42,392 nucleotides of DNA from Octopus sinensis (Eukaryota): positions 1 to 42,392 of the forward strand of contig NW_021835171.1 in the NCBI RefSeq assembly GCF_006345805.1, given 5' to 3'. Numbering within the stretch: the first letter of the stretch is position 1; each line of letters opens with the position of its first letter. This document shows, piece after piece, positions 1 to 11,515 of this stretch. Both the position numbers and the translations under genes were made by a program. The notes beneath the pieces were generated by a model that searched no databases, was not told the origin of the DNA, and saw only the letters and a program-made list of their open reading frames with translations.

Positions 1-164
1 AAAAGGAGAGAAAAAATGCGTGTAGGAGCTAACGATCTATCATGGCGTCCTATATATATATATATATATAAGTCAAAATAAGGGTGAAAAAATTGAATAT
101 TAATTATTAACATCAATTTAGACACCAAGTGGCCTAGCGTATAAAATACTGTATCCCATTAATA

Positions 165-246
<82 letters not shown>

Positions 247-384
247 GTATGTATAATATTTGTGTGTGTGTAAATGTGAATGTATAAGTGTATGTCTTTA
301 GGTTATGCCAAACAAATTATGCTACGAAAGAGAAAAAGAATACTCAGTATTTATAGCATATATTATACAATTATGCCTAAGTTG

Positions 385-680
385 TGTTACTCCGTCGGTT
401 ACGACGACAAGGGTTCCAGTTGATCCGATCAACGGAGCAGCCTGCTCGTGAAATTAACGTGCAAGTGGCTGAGCGCTCCACAGACAAGTGTACCTTTAAT
501 GTAGTTCTCGGGGAGATTCAACGTGATACAGTGTGTGACAAGGGTGGCCCTTTGAAATACAGGTACAACAGAAACAGGAAGAAAGAGTGAGAGAAAGTTG
601 TGATGAAAAAGTACAGTAGGGTTTGCTCTGCTGGAGCCTCGTGGAGCTTTAGGTGTTTTCGCTCAAAAAACACTCACAAC
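385..680 (-). mobile_element. Chimeric SINE fragment: family D body joined to family C tail 1
   Basis: 570-680 is the reverse complement of the body at 34960-35060 (GTTGTGAGTG...GAGCGAAAAC). 385-570 matches the tail at 9450-9640. Confidence 0.8.
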
Positions 681-899
681 TGGTAACAGAAACAATGTCT
701 CACTTTGACTCTGAAAATGCTATGCTCATGTTTACTGTTACACTTACAGATTGTGTATTTGTAACGTGCATGTTATCTGGTTGAGCACTTTTTCTGAAAA
801 TCCCCAACTTGTCTTATGTAGATTTACTTTAACATGTATAAATGCATGCATGCACGCATGTGTGTATGCATGTATGTTTGCATTCATGCATGTAAATCA

Positions 900-1000
900 T
901 TATTCAGTTGTATTTCAATATTTCTTGCCAATATAGAAAGAGCCGGTTTCTAACCTAGACCCAAGTCTCCTTCTTTAGAATTTCAACATCAACAGGTATT
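900..1000. repeat. Interspersed repeat fragment, second copy at ~16470-16570
   Basis: Shared TATTCAGTT..ATTTCAA...TAACCTAGA.CCAAG...GAATTTCAACATCAACAGGT. Confidence 0.65.
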
Positions 1001-1084
1001 CTTGCAATTATGTGTATATGTGTGTACTATTTGGAGTCAGTGTGTGTGCAGATATCTATGTTTTTTTTTTGTACGTATTCTCAT

Positions 1085-1322
1085 GCATATAGTTGCATGT
1101 TTAGACATGCACATATATACTTAAATGATAAATTTCTGGAAAGTTACAAATATTTACAGTTCCAGTGATGTCTTGGACCTGTAGTCTTCGAATCAGCTTT
1201 CTACTTTCTGGTTTTGAGAAGTCTAATTTCTCAAGCTTGGTATTTTGGCAGTGTGTTACATATCTCTGAGCCCCAATAATTACAGGTATAAACCTGAAGT
1301 TATAATCTGGGTAGAGTAACAT
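1085..1322 (-). mobile_element. 3' end of an REL-endonuclease non-LTR retrotransposon (R4/Dong-like), degenerate
   Basis: Minus-strand LLYPDYNFRFIPVIIGAQRYV...LQVQDITGTVNIC resembles the conserved C-terminal IPVVIGALG...LQ...GT..I block of R4/Dong ORFs, followed by a short 3' UTR. Confidence 0.7.
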
Positions 1323-1341
1323 ATGTATGTATGTATGTATG

Positions 1342-1375
<34 letters not shown>

Positions 1376-1474
1376 TGTATGTATGTATGTATGTATGTAT
1401 GTATGTATGTATGTGTGTATGTGTGAAATAATTCTTTGTGCTGCTGGTAATATGTAACAAAGTACAACAATCGC

Positions 1475-1655
1475 ATGGTCGTGTCATCGGCGACTAAACC
1501 GGTAATTCTACCAAGCCTCGTTGGTGAAAATGTGGTTTACGTTGGACACCATACAAATCTTATCCGGGGACGGGTGAACTCAGCAGAGTCAACAGCGACG
1601 AAGTTGCAAACCTTACTTTTGCTTGTTTCTGCACTTGTTGCCTCAGTAGGTAAGT
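1475..1655 (+). other. Candidate host exon encoding a signal-peptide-like segment, ending at a phase-1 donor
   Basis: ACG(1598)-KLQTLLLLVSALVASV-G|GTAAGT (donor 1650-1655). In-frame upstream ATG at 1475. Locally CpG-rich. Confidence 0.4.
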
Positions 1656-1868
1656 CTTAGCAGTGCTGTGCAAGATGTTATTGACGCTAAATTCCAGTAC
1701 AGGCTTAAAGTTCTAGGATAAAAAGCTTCGAATGACCCGTCCTTGTTTTTCGTATCGTCTATCTGGATGTTTTGTTGTCCCTTTTTGTATCACCTAGTTG
1801 TCCGGATGTTTTGCGTTCTTGTCCCATTTTGTATTTTATATATATATGTATATGTATATGTATGTATG

Positions 1869-1910
<42 letters not shown>

Positions 1911-2280
1911 TCTGGAACAACTGAATCTTAGTTAGTCAGTTGATGGGCTCCACTACCTCAAATGTTCTTAAAATTTAAATCCACATCTTTGTCTATATAT
2001 CTACCTTCTCTATAATGTTGCCACTTGATATGAAAATTTTTGTATTAATGGAAAACCTCTATAATTGGCTGATGAGTGCTCAGCATTTTAAAACTGTTGT
2101 AATACTTACAACATTTAATAAAATGATGTAGTACGAAACGATTGTACCAAATTACCGGAGTCATTCTTGTTGCTTATTTTGATTATAATCACCCCACAGA
2201 TTTTTATGGATAACACCATACAGAATTCTGGTGCATCTAAATTAAGTACCATATTCATTTGAATCTAAATTTTTGCTGAA

Positions 2281-2315
<35 letters not shown>

Positions 2316-2595
2316 TTCAGCTATGGTTGTAATTGAATAATATTCTTAACGTAGCTTTTTTGTCGCAGTCAGCGTCTTCTAAGCAGTCTCACTAATTTAG
2401 TTTTAATCCAAATCAAATTTAGTTTGTTTTAATAATGTTTAATAATAGTGATAAGCTACATTTAGACATAAAATACTTAAAATCCAGTGCAGTAGAGCAA
2501 AAGTAAAGGGGAAAAAATGCTTGACGAGTGGTAACGCCCGACATCGACACTTTGAATTCACACCATTCTTTTAATTTTGATTAAGAATTATTATA

Positions 2596-3111
2596 TCTAT
2601 ATATATAAAACTCTAGTTGTGTGAGTGTCTGTCCCCTTCGATTTAGATTCCTAACTCCTCCCACATTTTGCGGTGCAGTTTAACCAAATTCGGGTATCTT
2701 ATAGTCGTGATTAATATCGAGCCCGTCTGGCTATTAGCGCGCGTCTACGTTGAGTCTACGATTTTAAAAATAATTTAACATAATTTTTTATTCCATTTTA
2801 ATGCATAATTTTTCGTGTGTCGATGGCGGCGGAGTTGGCGTCCACGCTCAAACACCTGCACCTGTGTTTGCTTCTCCCCTTCTTCCCTCCCTCGTGAAGC
2901 TGTGGGGAAGGGAGTGTAAGGAAATCAATGTCGTAAAGCGTTGTCAAGGAGACCAGCGTTCTTTTAGAACAACGACTTCATGGCTTGAAGACACCAAAAC
3001 AGAAATGGCTAAGAAAGCCCGAATTGGCATCTAGAAGGGAAGTAACTCTCTAAAAATGCTTATATAGTTATTTCCCTTACAAACCCGAGCAACGCCGGGC
3101 GATACTGCTAG
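2596..3111 (+). mobile_element. Complete non-autonomous Helitron
   Basis: A|TCTATATATATAAAA 5' end; hairpin CCCGAGCAACGCCGGG at 3084-3099; CTAG|T 3' end; A-T insertion site, no TSD. Confidence 0.9.
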
Positions 3112-3803
3112 TTGATAATAATATGAAAGAGAAATATTAAAGGAATATATTGGAAAAGGTTTCGTAAAATTTTATCCAAAAGAAAAAAAAAAGAAAATTT
3201 CAATTCTCAAATTTTTATCAATTTTTGCGTGATATTAAAGGGACACTACTCATATATGAACTAAACTATTTCTTAGGCGCACACACCAATAAAAGATAAA
3301 AGACAACATAAATCGATACAAAGAGTTCTCATATTTTTCATTAGTCTAAATTGTTTTTTATAAAAAATGAAATTTTTTTGCGTAATTTTTTGTAGTATGT
3401 ATTTTTAAAGTCCATGTTTGAATAAATTATTTTAATAACAAGATTATTTAATAAAATATATATTTTTTTAAATTTTGTCTCTATGTACTGAATTGTGTAT
3501 TCAGAAAAGGCAAATGACAAAAATTCAAATATTCTAACAGTCAGTTTTCACTATTTTTAAATTTTCAAACGCTGAGTTAATTATTTGCATGCTAAAAATG
3601 ACTATATCTATAATTATTTATTACTTTTATAGTAAATAGAATATGATTATTTATGGCTTTGTCTCTGTGAGCAGTGCTGAAGTCTGTAGTAAAGCTGTTC
3701 AGAAAAGGCAAATGTTACTTGTAATTATATTCTATTCAATATTAATTTATTTAAAATCAAGTCATTTTATTAAATTTGTATGCTCATTCTATAGGCGCAT
3801 TCT

Positions 3804-3970
3804 ATAGGCGCAGGAGTGGTTGTGTGGTAAGTAGCTTGCTAACCAACCACATGGTTGCGGGTTCAGTCCCACTGCGTGGCATCTTGGGCAAGTGTCTCTG
3901 CTATAGCCCCGGGCCGACCAAAGCCTTGTGAGTGGATTTGGTAGACGGAAACTGAAAGAAGCCTGTCGTA

Positions 3971-4044
<74 letters not shown>

Positions 4045-4254
4045 ATTGTGTGTCTGTGTTTGTCCCCTAGCATTGCTTGACAACCGATGCTGGTGTGTTT
4101 ACGTCCCTGTCACTTAGCGGTTCGGCAAAATAGATCGATAGAATAAGTACTGGGCTTACAAAGAATAAGTCCCGGGATCGATTTGCTTGACTAAAGGCGG
4201 TGCTCCAGCATGGCCGCAGTCAAATGACTGAAACAAGTAAAAGAGTAAAGAGTA
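3804..4254 (+). mobile_element. SINE family A, full length (tRNA-like head, CORE-like TTGGGCAAGTG, internal TA/TG microsatellite)
   Basis: Head with GGTTCAGTCCC B-box-like motif; tail CAGCATGGCCGCAGTCAAATGACTGAAACAAGTAAAAGAG. More than 10 related copies in the window. Confidence 0.9.
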
Positions 4255-4542
4255 ATTCTTTTTCATTATTCTAAAAATTCTTCAAATATATTTATTTGTA
4301 ACTTTGTGTACAGTACCGAAATTACTGTATGTACATTATATCCAGGAAAGGCAAAGTTGCAATGATTATCATTCATTTTTAATTTAATTTCTAAATGAGA
4401 ATTAGTCAAATGAAAAAATCAAAATTTTGTTTGAATTTTCTTGGAAACTTTTGAATTCAGAATGACTGCAAAAAATGGTAATTTTATATATCTTTAATTA
4501 AAATTTTACTATTACTGCAATGCCTGTAAAAACAATGGACTA

Positions 4543-4896
4543 GCCAATGAAAAATGCGGACGCATTCTTACAAAATTTTTAACAATTAAACCTGGAAAAG
4601 TAGAGGACAAGAAAAAGATCATTAAAATTAGAGCTTAAAATACTGGTGCTAAAATTTAAATTTTTAATTTTCTTATTAATTCATTTAGTACGAAAAATAA
4701 AATAAAAATAGAAATAGCAAAGTGAAATTAATTGAATTCTAAAAGAAATATGAAAAAGTACGTAAGAGATACTTCTTAATTTTAATTTCAGCAGCAATAT
4801 TTAAAGCTGTAATTTCAATTACTTTCTTTTTGTCCTCTATTTTTCCAGGTTTAATTGTTAAGAATATTGTTAGTATGCGTCCGCATTTTTTATTGG

Positions 4897-4897
<1 letters not shown>
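4543..4897. mobile_element. MITE/foldback element with ~120-bp inverted arms and a possible TA TSD
   Basis: TA|GCCAATGAAAAATGCGGACGCAT... and ...ATGCGTCCGCATTTTTTATTGGC|TA; arms ~4543-4662 and ~4778-4897. Confidence 0.75.
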
Positions 4898-4950
<53 letters not shown>

Positions 4951-5035
4951 ATATATATAGATTAACATACATACATACATACATACATACATACATACAT
5001 ACATACATACATACATAATATATATATATATATAT

Positions 5036-5174
5036 ATTAATTTATTATATAGAAGGAGCTTCTACAGGACTAGAACTGTTTCATTCAAGAGAAATCTTCA
5101 GGAAGCTTCCTGAGATTTCTCTTGAATGAAACAGTTCTAGTCCTGTAGAAGCTCCTTCTATATAATAAATTAAT
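5036..5174. repeat. 139-bp loopless palindrome centred on AAGCTT
   Basis: The arms are exact reverse complements except for one extra T in the left arm (GAAATCTTCAGG vs GAAATC-TCAGG). Confidence 0.95.
5057..5107 (-). ncRNA. Type I hammerhead ribozyme-like motif (Penelope-type terminus)
   Basis: AGCUUC CUGAAGA UUUC-UCUU-GAAU GAAA CAG-UUCUAGUC-CUG UA GAAGCU: 6-bp stem I, intact core, weak stem II, stem III, GUA cleavage triplet. Confidence 0.7.
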
Positions 5175-5236
5175 TTTACTCTGCTATGTATTGAGTACCT
5201 TATTTACTGTGGTTAACCCCGAATCAACCCGGGACC

Positions 5237-5333
<97 letters not shown>

Positions 5334-5599
5334 GATATAACTACATAAATAATATTTTTATAAACAAACCCGAAAGGCTTTGCGAGTTACGGGTTGTTTA
5401 TAAAAATTATTTAAGACAGTTTAAGTATATATTAACTAAATTTGACTGAAATTGATGGGTGGGCGTTAGGCCAATCAGATTCGCAGGAAGGTATGAAGCA
5501 TCGATTTGTGGGTTCGATTCAGCGTGAGGTGAGCTCGTCATTTTTCGGTCATTTGTTTATATAATCGGAGAATAAATAACATTATGATATATATCATAT

Positions 5600-5641
<42 letters not shown>

Positions 5642-5715
5642 ATATATATATATATAATAATTTTTACCAAGTGGTCAGCGCGTAAATAAAAACCTCATAG
5701 GTAAATTTTACAAAT

Positions 5716-5915
5716 AATTTATAATAATATACATAATTATAACAATTGCTTGTCATGTGCCTCACACACGCACTGAAAAATAGACGTCAAAAAACACTAT
5801 TACCACCATAAATCCTCCGAGAAAAATCACACCACATTATTTTAACGTCTACTTTTCAGTACGTAGTGAGGCACAAGACAAGCCCCTGTTATAATTATGT
5901 ATATCATTATAAATT
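5716..5915. mobile_element. Foldback/MITE-like element with ~75-bp inverted arms
   Basis: TATACATAATTATAACA..GCTTGTC.TGTGCCTCAC..ACG.ACTGAAAA.TAGACGT is inverted between ~5716-5792 and ~5840-5915. Confidence 0.7.
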
Positions 5916-5924
5916 TTTTGTGTA

Positions 5925-6099
5925 TATATATATATAAAGCTGAGATTGTTTGTCTGTCTATCAGATTGTCTGTATGTGTGCATCACTAAAACTCGAAAAC
6001 TACCCAAACGATTTTATTCAAATTCTACGCGAGCCCTATTTAGGGTCCATGCAGTGTCATGGGCAAAAAGTAAAACTATTATCTGACATATATACATGC

Positions 6100-6133
<34 letters not shown>

Positions 6134-6168
6134 CACATATACATGCATAATATATATATATATTATAT

Positions 6169-6200
<32 letters not shown>

Positions 6201-6500
6201 GATAGATAGATAGATAGATGTATATTTATGGATTCGAAAACTGAGTTGCCGATTTTGACGTTAGAGGTATCAAAAGATTCAGTAATATTTCGGCTACCAA
6301 ATAAAGCATGTATTTTGCACAACAACTCTTTTTAACTACAAAAATTATCTCGGAAACGAGGTCGAGTCGCACAATTTGTGGTCTTTAGCTAAGAGAGGCA
6401 AGTCTGCTTGAACCATTTTTGTCTTAGGTAGAGCATATAAAGAAAATGTTTAAAATCCATGGAGATTTACCCGGGAATGAAACTTCGAAGATATACTGTC
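5925..6500 (+). mobile_element. Possible degenerate non-autonomous Helitron
   Basis: TATATAAAGCTGAG...GTCTGTCT 5' style resembles the other Helitrons; no intact 3' hairpin or CTAG found. Confidence 0.35.
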
Positions 6501-7154
6501 AACTTTATTAGCATTATTTAGTATATAATCTTTTAATGTGAAGCATGTTTGTCTGTGTTTTGTTTAGCCCAGAGTTGCCTCTGATGTAGTAGACACCTCG
6601 CATACTTTTTTTCCTTCCTGAAATACTGTAAATCTGTGTCTTTCTTTTGATGAAAGTGTGTGATTTAAGACAGATTTGGCTGCTATTTGTTGTAGCTTAA
6701 GTTACCACAGAGACACATGTGTATGTGTGTGTGTTTAGTTGTGGTGAAAAACATACTTTTTCTCTATATTTTGCACAATAACTTTTTAAGAAATCTGGAC
6801 ATCTTTCTTACCGCTAACCATTCAACTTCAAATTACAATTGTTAATTGTTGAAAGCCAAGTAGACCGAGATGTACATATAGTGTTATCGTATAGAGTGGA
6901 AGTTCAATACGAAGTTTTGAACACATTATCCATTGCCTTAAATTTGAAGCCATTAAGTCTTTAAACATTATTTCACTAGGTTTAGTCTTTCAACTGTCAC
7001 CATGATGGGGTATCATCTTCAAAAATGTAATTGATCATACTGACCTCAGTACGTATTTCAATCTGGCATTTATTTTATGGATTTCTGCTTGATAATCTTT
7101 GAGGCATAGTGGGACACTACTCCATTTAACAGCAAATGTAAACAGACATTAGAT

Positions 7155-7310
7155 GCAAGAATGACTGTGTGGTTGAGAAATTTGCTTCTCAACCACGGGG
7201 TTCGACGTTCAATCTCTCTGTATGGTACCTTGGGCAAGTGTTTTCTACAGTACCCCCAGGCCAACCACAGACTTGTAACTGGATTTGGTTGACGGCAACT
7301 GCAGCATTGT
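7155..7310 (+). mobile_element. SINE family A, diverged 5' half
   Basis: TGTGTGGTTGAGAA...ACCTTGGGCAAGTG...GGATTTGGTTGACGG. Confidence 0.75.
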
Positions 7311-7419
7311 TCAACAGAAAATAACCGAAAAACATGTTTATAGAGAAGAGTTGTTTGCTTCATAATCCTCGTGTGCCGATTCTGCTCATAAGAAAGGAAC
7401 AAATATGGGACGCATCGCT

Positions 7420-7461
7420 AGTGTGTGTGTGTGGTGTGTGTGTGTGTGTGCACATATATAA

Positions 7462-7496
<35 letters not shown>

Positions 7497-7802
7497 TGTA
7501 TGTATGTATGTATATATATACCTGTAATATTACACATATACAGTATATATATATATACATGCAGATATATGTATATATGTGTTTAAATATATATAATTAC
7601 TCACAAACACATGTATAAATATCTCTCTATACACACATATGCATGTAAGTGTGCGTGTGCGCGCATGTGTATGTAGCTGTTGCTGTTGTGGCTCCAAGGT
7701 CAGTTGTGTGTTAAGGTGGTGGCGATGGTGTAGTCTACTATTTTCGGAACGCAACGATAACTAACTGATAAGAATATACGATAATTTATATATGTACGTG
7801 TG

Positions 7803-7836
<34 letters not shown>

Positions 7837-8050
7837 TGTATGTATGTATGTATGTACGTATGTATGTATGCATGAATGTATACATGTATGTATGAATACT
7901 TGTATGTATGTATATGTATTTATGCATGTGCATATATATATATATGTACATATATATACATATCATATGTATGTATATGTATTATGTATAATATATATAT
8001 ATATATATATATAATATATATATATGCATGTATATATATATATACACACA

Positions 8051-8107
<57 letters not shown>

Positions 8108-8270
8108 CGTATCATATGTATGTATTTATGTGTGAATGTGTGAGTATAAAAACGCACGCACCTATACACGTACAATTATTTGTATATAACATGTGTAGAG
8201 ACACATATTTTGTGTGTGTGTGTGTTATGTATGTATATATATATATATTATATATATATATATATATATG
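7420..8270. repeat. Compound (TG)n/(TATG)n/(TA)n microsatellite field
   Basis: Direct inspection. Confidence 0.95.
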
Positions 8271-8955
8271 TTGCGGCTCAGGGTAGCAAGACCTAATGAT
8301 CGTTGGACTCATTCTGGTGACATCAACTTATTCTGGTGAAGGTCACTTTCACCAAAAGAGACCTACCTAGCACACCATATACATACATACATATATTTGT
8401 GTGGGTGTAGATAAGTGTGTACACACAAACACGCATATACACACATATGTATGCACGTATGTATGTATTCACACAAACATATGTGCGTGTATAATCATAG
8501 CCGTTACTAATGATTATGATCTGGCACCATGCTATCGCTAATTTTTTTCACGTACTCGTGACATAAACACCATCTGGGCCATCCCACCCTCGATGAATCG
8601 GAATATCAAGGATTTAAAAGACGACAGTACCATTACTCGGCTTTTACTTATTCAGAGCTAAATTGGTAGCAGTAATGTGAAATGAACTGCCTTGCCGAAG
8701 GACGCAACGTACCGCTCCATCCTCAAATCGTAGGATGATAAATGCTACATTCTAACGACTGCACCACATCCCTCCATATACACGCGCGCGTATGATTGTG
8801 CATGGCTGGGGTGTTGTACTCACAATCGCGAGATTGCGCGTGGTTAGGGTGCGGTCGTTGCAATTCCCGGATCAGACTGGTTGGTTCGTTTTGGTCTTCA
8901 GAAAAATGCTTTATCTCACGTTGCTTTGCGTGTGGTATATATATATATATATATA

Positions 8956-9174
8956 TCTTCTTTTACTTGCTTCAGTCATTTGACTGCGGCCATGCTGGAG
9001 CACCGCCTTTAGTCAAACAAATTGATCCCGGGATTTATTCTATGTAAGCCTACTACTTATTCTATCGATCTTTTTGCCGAGCCGCTAAGTTAAGGGGACG
9101 TAAACCCACCAACATCGATTGTCAAGCGATGGTAGATGACAAACTCAGATACACAAATACATACATACACACAT

Positions 9175-9247
<73 letters not shown>

Positions 9248-9413
9248 ATTATATATGACAGGCTTCTCTGAGTTTCCGTCTACCAAATCCACTCACAAGG
9301 CTTTGGTCGGCCGAGGCTATAGTAGAAGACACTTGCCCAAGGTGTCACACAGTGGAACTGAACCTGAAGCATGTGGTTGGGAAGCAAGCTTCATACCACA
9401 CAGCCACTCCTGT
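8956..9413 (-). mobile_element. SINE family A, full length
   Basis: Reverse complement of 3804-4254. Confidence 0.9.
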
Positions 9414-9446
9414 GTCTGTCTTTATATATGAAGATATAAAAAAAAA

Positions 9447-9778
9447 GGAGCACTCCGTCGGTTACGACGACGAGGGTCCCAGTTGATACGATCAACGGAA
9501 CAGCCTGCTCATGAAATTAACGTGCAAGTGACTGAGCAATCCACAGACACGCGTACCCATAACGTAGTTCTCAGGGAGATTCAGCGTGACACAAAGTGTG
9601 CAAGGTACAAGGCCGGCCCTTTGAAATACAGGTACAACTCATTTTTGCCAGCTGAGTGGACTGGAGCAACGTGAAATAAAGTGTCTTGCTCAAGCACTCA
9701 ACGCGTCGCCGGGAATCGAACTCACGACCTTACAATCGCGAGCCGAATGCCCTAACCACTAAGGCACGCGCCTTCACA
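9447..9778 (-). mobile_element. SINE family C with tail 1, full length
   Basis: Minus head GGCGCGTGCCTTAGTGGTTAGGGC...GAGTTCGATTCCC (A and B boxes); core CTTGAGCAAGACACTTTA...GCTCCAGTCCACTCAGCTG. Confidence 0.88.
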
Positions 9779-10514
9779 AGATATGTGTGTGTGTGTATAT
9801 ATATGTATGTGTATGTATATATATATATATATACTTGTGTGTGTGTATGTATAGATTTATATATGTATATTTAAATGTATGTATATATACACACGCACAT
9901 ATTTATATACATGTATATATGCACACATACACACACTTGTTTATATTATCTATGTATGTACGTATGTGTGTATATATGAATATATACATGTGTGTTAGTG
10001 ACCACCATTATCAACAACAACAGCGGGAGTGGCAGGAACAGTACCAGCAACCCCGATAATCATGTGATAACGTTCTAGGAATCTACGTGAGATTACAGGA
10101 CATGCTTAGAATAGTAACACTCAAACACCCCTCAGATGTCACTCACCCATTTTAAAATAAAATATATTTTTAAAATATACGGGAAAGTGAGGATTGAATG
10201 AGATAACGCAATTCCAGGCCTGTTGTTCCAGATACTTTCACAACCAAACAAAAATTTTAAGTAGTTTCGTCAGGTATCCTGGTTTTTGAAACAGCTGTCT
10301 TTTGAACAAACTTGCTGAACCCCAGTGCATTTGTGAAGGACATCTTAGATTCGCAGCTGCTCAGTTTGACATTTGGCCTTTTTTCTTCCCTTTTACGATC
10401 CTTTTTGATCGAAAACCTACTCCACTTTTTTTTTCTCCCCAAAAAGAAAAGCTCTACTTTGTAATCTGTCCCGTCTGTGTGCAGCCCTGTGTGGCTAATA
10501 AAGAAACATATCTT

Positions 10515-10598
<84 letters not shown>

Positions 10599-10649
10599 CC
10601 TATCAAGTAACCTATATACACACGCACACGCACACACACACACACACAT

Positions 10650-10795
10650 ATGACAGGCTTCCTTTCAGTTTCTGTCTACCAAATCCACTCACAAGTGCTT
10701 TGATAGTAGAAACCGCCCAAAGGTACCACGCGGTAGGGCTGAATGAAGAACCATGTGGTTGGGAAGCAAACTTCTTATCACATAACTACGCCTAT
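10650..10795 (-). mobile_element. SINE family A, internally deleted 5' half
   Basis: CTACCAAATCCACTCACAAG...ACCATGTGGTTGGGAAGCAAACTT. Confidence 0.75.
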
Positions 10796-10964
10796 ATATA
10801 TGTATAATATAATCGTAACATAACAAAAGTAAAAATAGCAATTGGTATAAAATTGTATCAATGATTTGAACTTGAATAAGTGGTTTCACATGAATGGGAA
10901 TAAATTAAAAATAAAATTGGCCTGCAGAAATGGAATAGTCCAGATGGATAATAAAAAATTAAAT

Positions 10965-11205
10965 TAAAGAAAAGACTATTGTCTATAAAGTATATAATGT
11001 AGAGAAAAAAGATTTGAACACATGGAAGAAAGCACCTTCGAAAAGTGTCTTGGTGCGACTATGAAAGGTATCTAATCAGAGGCGGTAAATTCGCCACAAT
11101 AGAAGCAAGGTTCAAGTCAACGGAGCGTGCAAGGGAGTACTCGACTCGAACTTGCAAAGTGGAAATATTTTACTTTTACCTTTATATCTGGGACATAGGA
11201 CGTCC
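10965..11205 (+). pseudogene. Isolated Tx1-like LINE ORF1 remnant
   Basis: KTIVYKVYNV...YLIRGGKFATIEARFKSTERAREYS parallels RTIAYKVISL...SGKRLGTVEVKFQNGEEARKH of the ORF1 at 27000-27230. Confidence 0.55.
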
Positions 11206-11394
11206 CGGAAAAAAAATTAAATACCCCCCCCCCCCCAAGTAGAGGTAGGCTGGATTGTAGCCACACTTCTATAAGAGGGAGGACAAGATACAATTGATCG
11301 AAATTACAAGAGACGGGCTAACAATTCCAGTCTGTTATATATTTTGAGTATTGTTATCACTAGCGATATCAAGATATAACTTTGTATTTTGTAT

Positions 11395-11515
11395 TTTATG
11401 TAGTAGTAGTAGTAGTAGCAGCAACAGCAGCAGCAGCAGTAACAATAGTAGTAGTTGTAGTAGTATTGGTAGTAGTAATAGTAGCTGCGGTAGTTGCAGC
11501 AGCAGCAGCAGCAGT
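11395..11515. repeat. (TAG)n/(CAG)n compound trinucleotide repeat
   Basis: Direct inspection; a similar tract lies at 21045-21158. Confidence 0.9.

Noticed and set aside
2069-2095. Additional hammerhead-like cores (CTGATGAG at 2069; minus CTGAAGA at ~39617-39623)
   Set aside because: The GAAA element or stem II is missing; too degenerate to support.
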